From Andalucia godoyi And28 (lineage: Eukaryota > Protista > Jakobida): DNA of 64,000 bases. The notes under the pieces are model-generated. The model worked only from the letters and a program-made list of their open reading frames with translations, made no database searches and was not told the origin of the DNA. Position numbers and translations under genes: made by a program. Location: contig VRVR01000010.1 in the NCBI GenBank assembly GCA_009859145.1, positions 161,330 to 225,329 of the forward strand, in the 5' to 3' direction. Positions 24,140 through 36,500 of the stretch are shown one piece after another (within the stretch, counting starts at the first letter, position 1; each line of letters opens with the position of its first letter).

Positions 24140-26728
24140 CTAAGATCTTGGAATCGAGTCAACAATTGCCAATGGAACGCAGGCACAGTAGAAAAGTGGC
24201 CGGTTCTTTCGATTTGGAAGCTGTGCAACAGCCAGCCAAATGTCCACGGGCGTCTTCTTCTTTGTGAGAATGGAAAACACGGCACTGTATTCTTGCGAAT
24301 CTCGGAGAAAAAGAGCTTGCAAGGTCTTTCGAAGTCCAATCTTGCGCAAGCCATCGACCTGCAACTCACTCTCCGCGAACATGGACACTGAACAAAACCG
24401 ATTGTTTGCAAACACGATCTGCCAGTTGGTTGACAAAATAAAGCATGGAAATGCAGAATGATAAAAGACCTTCAGGAACAAATCGTGCTTTTCGCTTGGA
24501 GGACTGCTGGAGCCAGAAACAATGCTGACATACGAATTTCCTCCGGGACTCGGACTGGCCTGCCCAATGCTCTGCTGCCCCGGCGAAGGGATCGGAGAAG
24601 AACGGCCAAAGGGACTATTCAGGTTCGTTCCAGCTCCAGTTCCAGTTGCTGGGCCTACGCCTGCGCCAGGATTGAGATTGTAAACGAATGAAGATGCTGA
24701 TGGGACTGGAGAGTTCACAGACGGAAAGAACATGGATACTGCAGAAATGTCAGGACTTCCGAAAGTCGCTCCATACGGAGATCTCCCGGGTATGGAGTGC
24801 GAGCCGTCGGGAGCTGCATCGTACTTTGGGAATGACGAGTAGGACTCGCGGAGCCGCGCAGTGGTTTGCTCGCAGTCCAGTTGCAGCTTCTGGACTCTGC
24901 CACGCAACTGCTGGATCTCTTGTTCTTTGGTCTGCAACAGCGCTTCGTAAGCATGACACTTGTCCGAGGTGCGATTCCTCTCACGTTCCATCTCTGCATA
25001 TTTGGAATCGGCAGAATTGATCTTGTTGACTGCCAGTTTCCACACTTCTTCCATATTTTGCAGCTTTTCTTGCATCTTGTGCGGCTCCTCAAGGGCATTT
25101 AATGCAGAATTGAACCGATCCACCATGTTCTTCACACGGTTCTGCGACGTCGAAACTTCGACATATGCTTCATGCTTGGTGGTGTCTCCATATCCAAATC
25201 GCTCAAGCTTGAATGCACGAAACACAGACGCAGAGACCGCGATTGACAGGACCGTATCGCGCCTGGACAATCGTTCGTTCTTGGGAGGGGAAGGGCCGCT
25301 TTGCGATTGGGGAGCTGGGCTTGTGGACGAACTCAGCGAACTTCCCGGAATGTCAATGGTAAGCTTATGGATGCCCTCAGCAGCAGCAGCACCGCCTCTT
25401 CCTCCTCCTGTTGTTTCACTGGCAACAGTAGAGCCAGGCGCAAAGGAACGAACGCTTGGCGGCGGATTCATTGAACGCTGGTCCTGTTTCCAGCTCAAAA
25501 TCTTGGACAACAGATGTGTGATGGCAATCGTAAAACTGCGAACATCGTGCTCGAGAATATCGGTCAAGATGGTCAATCGAGGCTTTTGAATTTCCAGCCA
25601 CGCAAGAAAGCCCATCTTGGCAATCATCGGATTCTCAATGATAACAATTAATCGGTCAACCGTCCGCGTTCCGCGGTTCAGCTCGGCAAAAACCTTGTCA
25701 TCTCCAACAAGCACACTTCCCGACGGAGCTGCCAGTCCTCCGGAGTGGGATCCTTTTCTCCCAAGCGCTGCAAGCGAATTACTGGAGCCTTGCAAAACAT
25801 CGTTTTCTCGTCTTCGACCAGCGGCATTGTTGATTTGCGCAAATGTCACTGTTTCTGTCCGCCTAGAATCCACAAATCCATCCGTTTCAGGCCGATTGCA
25901 GAATATTTCGCCTGAGATGCCGTCTGCAAGATCAACCAAGCCCAGCGTCAAAATTTCCAAACTAGACTGGGTAATTGCTCGTGCATCCATCGCAGCGGAT
26001 CCCACGTTGCCGCTCGAACCGCCGAATGACAGGAACGCTCCAGCTCCTGGGCCTAACCCTGAGCCATGTGCATTGCGGCCTTTTCGCTTCCTCGCTACGG
26101 GGGAACGAAGTTGGGAACCAGACTCACTCCAATCGCCCCTCGAATGAGACGGAGAAGGGACCGTACCCAGAAAGTCGTCGCTGCTGGATGCGCTATGCGT
26201 CTTGGATCTTGTACGCCCGTGCCTCTTTCCAGGGACAGTCAGTTGGTTGGAATCCATTGCGGAACCACCACCGCTCATCACTGACGAGCCAGCATTCATT
26301 CTGCTCGAGTACTTGCTCACCTTGTTTTTCTCTTCTTGCAGACTCTCTTCAAGCTTCGTCACCAGCACTCTGTATGACGTGAACTTTTGCAGCAGCGCTG
26401 TTTTCGTCTGCAACGCATCTCGCCTGAAATCCTCGAGTGCTTCGCGAGACGTGTTCTTGGCTTCGCTGCTTCCGCCACAATGTGCATCCACGCACATGCT
26501 GATCTGGCGAGCACAGCGGTCAAAGGAAGAAAAAAACTGGTCAAGTACTGCTTCAATCGTCACCATGCTTGATCCAGCTGGGCTGGATGCAGAACTCCCA
26601 TACGGCGAATGCATCGAGACATCTTGGAACGCTGGACTTGGTGAGCGAGACAGCGAATGCAGCTGCGGAAAGGCAGGCGAATGAGTTCCGCTCGCCGGGA
26701 CGCCTCTGGGCTTCGCAGGGCTACTCAT
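24140..26728 (-). CDS. Coiled-coil protein with a C-terminal PAS-like domain, 862 aa
   Basis: Long ATG ORF with two coiled-coil segments. The C-terminus LFLKVFYHSAFPCFILSTNWQIVFANNRFCSVSMFAESEL...SILTKKKTPVDIWLAVAQL fits the PAS/PAC pattern. Confidence 0.7.
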   Translation of the reverse strand: MSSPAKPRGVPASGTHSPAFPQLHSLSRSPSPAFQDVSMHSPYGSSASSPAGSSMVTIEAVLDQFFSSFDRCARQISMCVDAHCGGSSEAKNTSREALEDFRRDALQTKTALLQKFTSYRVLVTKLEESLQEEKNKVSKYSSRMNAGSSVMSGGGSAMDSNQLTVPGKRHGRTRSKTHSASSSDDFLGTVPSPSHSRGDWSESGSQLRSPVARKRKGRNAHGSGLGPGAGAFLSFGGSSGNVGSAAMDARAITQSSLEILTLGLVDLADGISGEIFCNRPETDGFVDSRRTETVTFAQINNAAGRRRENDVLQGSSNSLAALGRKGSHSGGLAAPSGSVLVGDDKVFAELNRGTRTVDRLIVIIENPMIAKMGFLAWLEIQKPRLTILTDILEHDVRSFTIAITHLLSKILSWKQDQRSMNPPPSVRSFAPGSTVASETTGGGRGGAAAAEGIHKLTIDIPGSSLSSSTSPAPQSQSGPSPPKNERLSRRDTVLSIAVSASVFRAFKLERFGYGDTTKHEAYVEVSTSQNRVKNMVDRFNSALNALEEPHKMQEKLQNMEEVWKLAVNKINSADSKYAEMERERNRTSDKCHAYEALLQTKEQEIQQLRGRVQKLQLDCEQTTARLRESYSSFPKYDAAPDGSHSIPGRSPYGATFGSPDISAVSMFFPSVNSPVPSASSFVYNLNPGAGVGPATGTGAGTNLNSPFGRSSPIPSPGQQSIGQASPSPGGNSYVSIVSGSSSPPSEKHDLFLKVFYHSAFPCFILSTNWQIVFANNRFCSVSMFAESELQVDGLRKIGLRKTLQALFLRDSQEYSAVFSILTKKKTPVDIWLAVAQLPNRKNRPLFYCACVPLAIVDSIPRS

Positions 26729-27173
26729 TGTTGATTATGCTCCGAAAATGCGATTAAGAGAATGCCGAATCGATTGGAGAATGAGCTTGGAAAATATCAT
26801 ATATCGGTAGGGAGACAGTTGAGAAAGATTACGAACATACAAAAAGAAAGCACAATTTAATTAAAAAAACGCATGCCAGACGGTTGTTGTTCTCCTTCCG
26901 TGCACTCTCGGTCGGTTTCTCATGCTCCATACGAGCACAGTCTGGACATCGATGCGCATCAGAGCCTGGCTTTTGTCAGGCATTCTGATCACACCACTCA
27001 TTTCTTTTTTCTGCTTCCGCTTCGTTGGCGGATCGCAAGTGAGCAAGCCAGTCGGGGAACGAGAAAAAGGAAAAGAAAAGCAAATATACGTATATGCATA
27101 TGTATATATATAGGGGAAGGTTTTTTGGTGCGTTAGCTAATTCACTGTGGGCCGCGGGAAACGAGTGGAATGA

Positions 27174-29234
27174 ATGGGAGGTGCTCCGTCGAAAAATTCG
27201 AGTGAGCTTTCGGGCAATCGCAACATCCCGAACGCTCTGGACGGGCTGATCGACAGAGGCGATGGTACTTCTTCTTCCAAGTCCATATTAGTTCGAGATC
27301 TCATTGTCCGCGATGTGCGGCAGTATGAGAAGCGCGTTCAAATGCTAAGTCAAGCGCAGCAGGTGCGAATGGCACCGCAAGTGCTGCGCTGGCTGAAACG
27401 AGGCTGCGAAACAAAGGAGCTGTCCGAGTTTCACAATATGATCCTCCACGGCAATTTTTGCAAGATTGGTCTACCCCAGGGCAATCCGTTTGAACTCCCT
27501 CCGGTAGCCTCCAATATATTGCTGGCTGCGAACGCCAAGAACGATGTCGTGAAAGTTGTATCGTCAACGGAGTTTGACGATGAAAAGTCTGAGACGTGGT
27601 GGAAGCTCCAGAGGAAACGGTTGTCGCGAATGGCAATTGCCGTTCAGTCATCTCAGGAAGCTGAAGCACGCGAGCATACGGCTTCCAATGCTCGGATTCT
27701 CAAGTTTGCATCACCATCGTCGTCGTCTACTCTCTTGCTTTCACAGGCTTCGACATCGACTCTTGCGAGTGTGTCTGCGCGTTTTTCACCACTGTTGACC
27801 AATGCTGGTCTGTTGACCGATACGGAATTCGAAATTCTTCTCGAAGCAACACTTTCTTTTCCGGAAACAATGATTGGGCTGGAGTTGTGCGGCTCCTTGC
27901 TGCATTCGATGCACCGTGTAAGATCACTCGAGCAGCATATTCGGAAACGGACGGTGCTGAAGAGACTGTCTCTTCACGATCTTGCGTTTCCGTCTGCAAA
28001 TCTTGGTCGGGAGGTGTGCCGGGCACTCGATAGCGCGGCAGAGATCCACGAGTCCTCGCTGCTCTCTGTACATTTTGACCAATCAGTCTCGCAGTCAGAT
28101 CCTTTTGTGGGTGCATTCTTTGACGCAGTCGGACGGCTGACGAAAAAGTGCACAAACCTTGCACATCTCTCCATGAGTTTCCGCAAGGAATCCTTCTTGG
28201 GGAAATCGTCTTTAGCGCAGACATTGGAAGAGGAGCATGCAAATGCATTGTCAGGCATGATTCAGACGATCACTAGTTCCGGCTGCGCTGCTCTGCAAGA
28301 GCTCAGTCTCGTCGGAATGGGTCTTGGCCAGTACCCATTTCTAGTCAGCACGCTTGTGCAGTATCTCAAGTCTCCCGGACGTCGATTAGTTCATCTCGAC
28401 TTGTCTGTATGTTTTCTGCGTACATTGTTACGCGACCTTTCGCTTCTGTTTCCTTTCTCGTTTTCTTGTTTTTCGACCAGCTGTTCAGTGATTCATCGTT
28501 ACTCACGGAGGAGGAGCAGCATAACATGATGAATTCAGATGTCACGCTGTGGCTTGCAGAAGGGTTCACAGAACGGAAAGACACGGTTGGTGATCGTCTT
28601 CTGAGCTTTTTCTACATTGGCAATCGATGCAGTGGTGCAGGGGTGGCCGCCCTCTGCGATGCGTTTGCTCATCATCCGCGTCTCATCCAGTTGGATCTCA
28701 GTGAGTATGTTCTTCTTCTTCTTCTTTTTTCCTCTACCTCTTTACTGGTTGTCGATGCGTTTCACTCACGTAATTCAACGGATTTTGCACAGGAATCTTG
28801 GCAAAGCCCAGGGAGCACAGGGTCTGGCTGGACTGTTGAATCAGAACAAACGGATCAAGCACATTGGATACAATTACAATGAGTGTCCGCTCGCAGAAGC
28901 TGTTTCAATCGCCAATGCCATCCGGCAGAGTTCGAATCTGGAGTACATTGCATTTGTCGGAAACCACGTGCAGGACATGTTCCTGCGCGGTATCTGCGAT
29001 GCTTTGCGGTCTCCGACTTGTGCAATCCTGGCTCTCAATCTCGAATCAAACTCTTTCTCCGGAAATGCCGTTCTTGCCTTTGCACGAGCTCTTGCGTTCA
29101 ACCGCTCACTATGCTACCTTGCGCTGGAACGAGGCAACGGCGGCGAGGTAGTGCTTTACACCCGAATTCGCAACCAGCTCAAGAAGAACTTGGCAAGACG
29201 AGCGAAATATTCTCGCTCTCTCCTGATTCCGTAG
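27174..29234 (+). CDS. RNI-like (NLRC3/CARMIL-type) leucine-rich repeat protein; join(27174..28406,28481..28704,28793..29234), about 632 aa
   Basis: Two GTATGT...AG introns join three ORFs in frame. Repeats such as LALNLESNSFSGNAVLAFARALAFNRSLCYL; N-terminal MGGAPS myristoylation-like motif. Confidence 0.8.
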
Positions 29235-29280
29235 CTTGTAAATACGCATGTCCCTTGTCTTTGTCTTCCTCTTTTCCTGC

Positions 29281-29283
29281 TGC

Positions 29284-29326
<43 letters not shown>
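29281..29326. repeat. (GTTGCT)n/(GCT)n simple repeat in the convergent 3' gap
   Basis: Read directly. Confidence 0.9.
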
Positions 29327-29327
<1 letters not shown>

Positions 29328-29343
29328 ATGATCATGATTATGA

Positions 29344-29886
29344 TCATTGCCTGCAGGATGCACTGCGCATGGGACCCTCTGCATTCTCGCCGTTGCTCTC
29401 GCCAGTCCTGTTTTCTACGGGTATATGAGCAATCACAGGCTCATTCGCAACCAGCGGAACAGCCTGAGTGCAGTCCTCTGACCCCGTAGCGTTCGAGCAA
29501 CTGCTGTTACTGATGCAGTCATGCAGACCAGCGGCCGACGCAGCAGCATTGGATGGCCGTCCAGCTTGCATCTCGCATTTATAGGTACTCAGAAACTCTT
29601 GTAATGGTCCTGCATAATTGTCAAACCCAAGATTCCGTGCTGCCATCACCAGATCATCACCAGTCAGAATCCGGCGACGTTTCGAAACCATGATATCCGC
29701 AGCCTCTGAAGTCAGGAAAGCAATCAGCTCTGTAGCTGCAATCTGTGCAAATCTCTTCGCCTCGTTTGCAATTTTCGTGTTTTCAGGAACATGCGACTTC
29801 ATCATGCGAAGCAGATTCATCTGCGGTACCATTAACGGGTCTTCATCATCACGGACTGCACTCGTCGGTTTCGACGCAGTCTCCAT
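29344..29886 (-). CDS. Histone-fold NF-YB/HAP3-like protein (divergent), 180 aa
   Basis: RMMKSHVPENTKIANEAK...IAFLTSEA...RRILTGDDLVMAARNLGFDNYAGPL aligns by eye with the NF-YB core. Confidence 0.8.
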   Translation of the reverse strand: METASKPTSAVRDDEDPLMVPQMNLLRMMKSHVPENTKIANEAKRFAQIAATELIAFLTSEAADIMVSKRRRILTGDDLVMAARNLGFDNYAGPLQEFLSTYKCEMQAGRPSNAAASAAGLHDCISNSSCSNATGSEDCTQAVPLVANEPVIAHIPVENRTGESNGENAEGPMRSASCRQ

Positions 29887-30526
29887 TTGCAAACAAGTAT
29901 CAAGATTAAATTTTAAATAAAATCAAGAAATAAAACCAATTAAATTAATTAAAATAATATTAAAAAATGATGCACCGGTTCGGCGGTCGCAGCAACAACA
30001 ACAGCAACAACAAACAAAAAATTATGAAAAATTATGAGAACGACTCTCGGCAACAGTGAGCTTCGCTCTGTTCGTTCGTTCTTCAAATGAATGCACGTAG
30101 GTTTGTAAAGTAATTGTACGATTCCAACTTCATTGCACACAGTAATGCGTTTGTACAGTTTTCAGTTTGTGTGCTTCCGGTGATTCGGACAACAAAAGGA
30201 CACGTGGCGGATCGTGCACAAGCAGCAATTTCTACAACACATACACACACCTGGAAAACAAGAGAAACAGAGCAGAATGCCCCGACGCTTACTGTAGACG
30301 CTCACTCTGCAGTCATTCCTGTACGACAGGTCGTTGCAATTCGAGTGGTGAACCCGATCTTTTTCTTGGAGTGACTGCTCTACAGTTGGCGAATAATCCT
30401 TTTTTGGCGCGCACACAGTTTGCGCGGGAGACACTAAAATGGAGACAAAAAGAAATAGAACTCTTTCTCTCCTTCTTCAGTTTTTAATAAAGGAACTGAT
30501 CACACATTGGAAACACACGTCCAGGA

Positions 30527-31294
30527 ATGAAGAAGACCACGGAAACCTTGGCACGAGAGAACCCAGACTCAAAATCGTCGCACGAAATCGAGAGCAACGC
30601 GGCACAAAACCCACAAGCAAATGCAGCCGGACCCGCCCGGGAGCTCTCAGAGAACCGCTCCATATTTTCAACTTCAGTGTGGAAAGACGCGTGCCGTGGA
30701 CCTTTTGCGGATGCTGAAAACGAGCTTTTTCAGGAAAGAAACGCTTCTGAGCATTTTCCAGTCCGCCAGCCATTAGCTGAGGTGTTTGACAATTTTGTTC
30801 GTGTACCTTCACTGAGGCGACGAGGCGCGCAGGCTGTGGCATCTGCTTCATCTAGCGCGAGTGTTCCAAACCAGATTGCGAAACGAATCATGCCAGATGA
30901 TGAAAAGGTGATTCCCATTTCCCACACGGATGTGGCAGCTATTCCAGAACTGCAGGGGCTTCAAATGAACCAACTCAAATCGAGGAAACGGCTTTCGCTG
31001 GATGCTGCAAAGGAAGTTCGGGAAATGAAAAGAGCGCGGAAGCTCCAAAACAGCGATGCAGCACGGACGCTGACGATGCAAGCAGCAGTGCGAGAGACAT
31101 TAGCGAAGGCAACTCTTGCAGAACATCAGCGAAAGGAGGCTGTCGAAAAGGCGAAGGAAGAACTGGCGAGAACGCCGATAAAGACTACTGGAGTTGTATC
31201 GCAGGAGGATCGAAACATCATTTGGAATCAAATTAACTTCATGGGGAGCCGTACAAGCGAAGTCGCGGATTTCTTGACAGTTCCCGTTTCTTGA
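30527..31294 (+). CDS. 255-aa ORF forming the in-frame N-terminal part of the adjacent transposase relic
   Basis: Intact ORF ending in an HTH-like segment (SQEDRNIIWNQINFMGSRTSEVADFLTVPVS). The same frame continues past the TGA into transposase sequence. Confidence 0.5.
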   Translation: MKKTTETLARENPDSKSSHEIESNAAQNPQANAAGPARELSENRSIFSTSVWKDACRGPFADAENELFQERNASEHFPVRQPLAEVFDNFVRVPSLRRRGAQAVASASSSASVPNQIAKRIMPDDEKVIPISHTDVAAIPELQGLQMNQLKSRKRLSLDAAKEVREMKRARKLQNSDAARTLTMQAAVRETLAKATLAEHQRKEAVEKAKEELARTPIKTTGVVSQEDRNIIWNQINFMGSRTSEVADFLTVPVS

Positions 31295-32112
31295 AATCTG
31301 GAACGCCTAATCCATGCTCGTAGTGAATACGCATCGAAAATGCTTGGCGACAAAGAAGATCAGTACCAAAAAGCAATTTTCATCGACGAGACGCCCGTTC
31401 AATGTTGTTGTCCACCCCGAACAAGGGATATCCCTTCAAGGATGTCGTCCACTGCTGGCAATTGACAACATGCAAGTGCAGAGCCTGACTGTGATCGCAG
31501 CTGTCGACAGAAAGTTCGCTCGTCTATTACGAATGCTACACAGGGGGGCATCAATGGCGTCACGTACGCCGTATTTCTGAAGAATCTCTTCCAGCGTCTC
31601 GAACAAACGGGAAAGCTCCTCGAAGGTCAAAAGCAAATGATCATTCACGACAACGTCCCAATAAGCAGTGATCCCTTGTTGCGCGAGTGGGAATCCAAAA
31701 AAATTGAAGTAGAACAGCTGCCGCCGTATTCTCCATTTCTTGATCCTTGCGAAGAAGTATTCGGAATGTGGAAGTTCCAATTCTGTCAGATTGTCCGAGA
31801 AATGCAGCACTGGTTCATCACGCTGCGACCCAGATCTTGCCCGATCACACCATTGCCGCATACAAGCATGCACGTTCGTTCTTTGCGCAGTGCTTGAAAA
31901 AGATTCCAGTCAATTCACGCAAAATTCTGGATAGAAGCCGCCAATGCACTGCAGAAGTACAAAGAGTGAGGCATCGACCTGCACCAACTGCAGAGAATGA
32001 GGCCTGTTTCATACCCTCCTGTTCACGAAACCATAGCCGTGGAGCACAGTTGGAAGACGCTGTGATAGAGAACTTGGCGAGAAAGCAAACACGAAAAATT
32101 CGAATTTTCTAA
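31295..32112 (+). pseudogene. Decayed IS630/Tc1-mariner (DDE_3-type) transposase
   Basis: AIFIDET (D at 31385), IIHDN (D at 31649) and LPPYSPFLDPCEEVFGMWK (E at 31751), split across frames by about 4 frameshifts (near 31397, 31518, 31546 and 31826). No terminal inverted repeats found by eye. Confidence 0.85.
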
Positions 32113-32314
32113 TTGGTACAAGCGCTGGCTATGAATGACCTGGTTCACTCCAAAAAGAGCCCGCTTTTCACTCCATGAAAAGATCTGGTTCACTTCCAGG
32201 CGGTCGGATGCAAGTGGCAGCGGCATTTTTTAATTTTCATGTGAATTATCACTGATTTTTTGGTTGTCTTTCTCTCTGAATTTGGTTTTGGATAACTTCG
32301 TTGCGGAACACAAA

Positions 32315-33434
32315 ATGTCGACAACTATAACTCGCCGTGCTGCACATGCTGGGGCATGGTACTCGAGTAACCCTGGAGAACTGCAGAGAGAGCTTTCTCG
32401 GCATCTTGAAAACGCAGAGACTGTGGACGCTCTGCCGGGGTTTGTCTCGAGAGCCATCATCTGTCCGTATGTGGTTTTCCGGATTGCCAAGAACCGAAAT
32501 ACCAAACTGATCTATGCGCTCTTATTCTAATGTCTTATGTCTGAGTTTTATGGACTGTTTTTCTTTTCTTTTTTTGAGGGGGAGGAATTGTTGAATTTTG
32601 AAGAAAAAAATAATAATATGTACTATCAAATTGCTCTCCTGTTTCCTGTTTCCTTTCCTTTTTTTTTTTTTGCGCAGACACGCTGGATATTCGTACAGTG
32701 CTGCGACAGCGGCGTATTCCTACAAGCATTTGCACCTTCGAGGAGTGAAGCGCATCTTTATGCTTGGCCCGTCGCATCATGCGTACATTGATGGAGCTGC
32801 GTTACCAGAAGCAACAGTGTATGAGACTCCGTTGGGAGATCTGCAAGTGGATGTTGGTTTGGTTTCACGGTTGCGAGACTCGGGGAAGTTCCAGGTTTTC
32901 AAAAGGGTTCCGGATGAGGAAGAACATTCGTTGGAAATGCAGCTTCCGTTTGTGCGGCTGTTGATAAAGGAGAATTCAGTGGAGCTTCCCATTGTGCCGA
33001 TTATTATTGGATCCATTTCGGCCAAAAAACAGCAACTGTTCGGCGAGATCTTGGCTCCGTTCTTGGCGGATCGAGAGAATTTCTTCATCATTTCGTCTGA
33101 TTTTTGTCACTGGGGAACGCGGTTTCAGTACACGTTTGTGAACCAGGAATGGGGGCCCGAGATCTACAAGAGTATTGAAAAGCTCGATCATCTTGGCATG
33201 CAGGCGATCGAGAGCTTGAATCCAGACATGTTTGAAAAGTATCTCAAGCAAACAAACAATACAATTTGCGGGCGACATCCAATTGCGGTGTTGATGAACA
33301 TGGTCAGTGCGCTGCCCAACAAGAGAGCATTTCTGATGAAGGAAGCGCACTATAGCCAGTCTTCAAAGTGCGTGTCTCAGCGAGACTCTTCTGTCAGTTA
33401 CGGAGCGATGGTGCTTTTTGAACGAGTCGAGTAA
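32315..33434 (+). CDS. MEMO1: MEMO1 family protein; join(32315..32466,32678..33434), 302 aa
   Basis: HAGAWY, AIICPHAGYSYS restored across a GTATGT intron, LGPSHH, EEHSLEMQLP, SSDFCHWG, NTICGRHPI and DSSVSY. Confidence 0.96.
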
Positions 33435-33565
33435 AAACCGATACAAGATATGATACAGCAAAGCAAAGCGGGTGCAGAAGGACACGAGGAAGCCAGCGTT
33501 CGGATTTACGAACAAAAACCACCACCCTCTCCCCTCCCCCCTCGAGACCGCAGCAAAACCCGAAG

Positions 33566-36500
33566 CTAAGCTGGAGATTGCAGATCTGCAAACGAAAGTA
33601 TCCGAACCCCGTGGTTGAAAGTGTCAGCCACAGCCAACACATGTCTTGACGGAATCCAACAAATTCCAGCAGGCACGTTGAATTGAGCAATCTGAATGGT
33701 GGAAACCAAGCGGTTATAGATGTCCACAACGCGGATATGGTCACCAGCTTCCGTAACAAAGACAACTCCGCGAGTAGAATCATATGCCAACTTGATCGGC
33801 ATGTTAAATTGTGCCTGCTGTGCTGGGCCGTCATCGTGGCCAGCATATCCACAGCCAGCAAATGTGCTAACTCTCCTCCCGCGAAGGTCGACCAAGCGGA
33901 TACGGTGATTCTCGGTATCCGCAACAAGAAGTTCGGAGGGGGACAAGAAGCAGATCCCAGTAGGGTTGTTGAACATTGCATGATCAAGAGGTCCATCCTG
34001 CCACCCGCGCTGGGCGTTGGAGCAAACATCTGAAAACACGCGGCTCTTCAAGTGAAGTTTAGAAATGCCACGAGTGTGCGAAACGTAGACATGGTCCTCG
34101 TCATCCGCAATGAGATCATTCACCACACTGTGCTTTCCGCGGATGGAAGGAAGTCCTGCAATCAAAAGAGTGGCACCGGAACGGATATCGACACGAAGGA
34201 CGGAATTTCGCTTTGAATCGGCAACAAGCAAATGAGACTCATCACCGCTGATGGCCAACCCGGCCGGCTGGCTGAGTGAATTTTTCTTCGATCCCTGGGC
34301 AACGTTGGTGACTGTCACCACTAATCCGTCAGACAAGTTGATTTTTCGGACACAGTGGTTTCCGTGTTCCGTAACGAAGACCAGTGTGCCTGCACGGTTC
34401 GACGTAACTCCGTACGGCATGTTGAACGCCGCACGTTTCACATACCCATCAAGATGCCCTGCCCCATGGATGCCGAACACCGCCTCATCAATTCGCGATG
34501 CAATGAACGCTTGTACAAAAGAATCTTGAACAGCCGGAGGCTGCGAATATGTCCACATCAGCGGCTCAGATCCAGGGGGCGTCGCAGGTGAGAACGCAGA
34601 GCTTGCGTTTCCTTGGACACCTAGAACAGCCGACGTGTTGCTCACACTACTGCTTCCGTTTGGTTCCTGGCCCGCGACGTAGAATCCAGAAGAGCCTTGG
34701 ACGCTTGCATTATTTTGGTTAAAGCTGCTGCTAAACGACAAAGACATTTGTTGCTGCTGGCCTGGGTCAAGCAGCGACGCACCGGTTCCCGGGGAGCCTC
34801 GATTTACCGATGCCACACTGGGGGATCTCCCTTTCGAAGATGCAGTTGGCGATCCAAGAGTCAAGACTTGTACGTCGTGCGCAGCGGCAGCATTGCTACT
34901 CCACGGAGGGCGTTCGGACACAGCAGGCTGCGCAGCACCGGTACCGTGCATTGTATGCGCAAGTGCACGCTCAAGCAGAGTCTCGAGCATGGGAAGAAAC
35001 GAATTACCAGAACGAATGGAAGTCAACGCACGCTCTACAACTTCTTCCCCTTCTGCGCCGGGAATGGGCGTCGAACTAGCAGAGTCCGCGCTCACCGATC
35101 GTTTGTTTAGCAGTTCCATCAGCGGCAACATGAGCAATGCAATATCCTTCCACTTTGCAGTCTCGGATTCGGCCGTCTGCCCTCTGGACCGATTCTCCTC
35201 CAGTTCGACTTCCAGATTGGAAATTCGATTGAGCAATTCATCCACTCGGTTGAGATTTGGACTGAGCCGCCCAGCACCCTTTGACGACTTTTGCAATTTG
35301 CGGTGCGCATTCTCTGCCTCCCACTTCCAGCGAGAAAGCTCTCCAAGTAGCTCTTGTATCCTTTCACGTAACTCCAGAACCATAGGGGTTTCATAGGTGA
35401 TATCGACCGTGTCGGACACCATGGTCATGGATCCGGAATCTGAGACAGACGGCAGTGTCAACCCGGATGCTCGCTCCAACCGCGACTTCCACCGTTCCGC
35501 ATCCATCATCAGCTGGTTTACTTTTTCAAACGCAGATGTGACGTCCGTGCGGAACTCCAATTCCAACGAATGCGTTCGATCAGCTAACTGGCGTTGCATA
35601 GACTGACAAGTCGACAACACTGGATGGATTTGCGCACGGTCCTCATACAGCTCATCTTGAAGCCGCATCACCCGAGCAATGAGAGAATCCACCAGAGATG
35701 TCTTGTCGTCCAGCACACCACCGAACTTTTCAATCTTGTGCACGAAATCTTCCGAGTACACGGAAGAAGAGTGTTGTACTTGTCCCTGTGCCGTTTGCAG
35801 GGTTCCAGCTCGCACCATCTGAGGAGTCGTAGCGGAGTTCACAATGCGATCCGACGAATGAAACGACGACCGTGGAGTCAGATTGGGAGACGACCCCGGG
35901 AGTCCTGCAGACGAGTTCTGCACGGCTGTCTTAAACATGGATCTTGAAGACCCGCTCCGTTGCAACCCTACAGCAGGCGAACCCCCAGGAACTGGCGAGC
36001 CAAGGGACGCCGATGAGCTGGTTCTCCCGAGGACCCCGACCGAATTTCCAGCACTGTTCGGTCCATTGCTGTTATTGCTTCCGTAAGGCGTCGCTCCGGG
36101 GGACGAGGCACCAGCAACGGCTTCACCATATCGCGGTGGCGAAGGCAGCCTTGACAAGCGGACTGGAGGTGCGGCAGATTGCGGCTGTCCATATGCATAT
36201 TGCTGAAGAGGCTGGTCGGACATTGCGTGCGAATCGGGATACGCAGAATCTGTCCCGGTGGCAATATCATTTCTGAGCTTGTCGATAATTGCATTTCGCT
36301 TCTTGAGCTCGCTTTCAAACTCAAGTTTTTGCTGATACAGCTTGTCTTTCCAGCGCTTGACTTCGTCTGTCAGCTGGCCCACTTTATCCTGCAGAACCTG
36401 CGACTTCTGTTCGGAAAACACTCGCTGTTTATAGAACTCCTCCTTCCAGCGAACGACTTCTGAGGCCATATTGTACGTCTTTTCCGAGGAGTCGGCGTCT

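Noticed and set aside
30527-32250. Fanzor/TnpB cargo or terminal inverted repeats with the Tc1/IS630 relic
   Set aside because: No RuvC motifs or zinc ribbon in any frame, and no TIR pair found by eye between 29900 and 32300.
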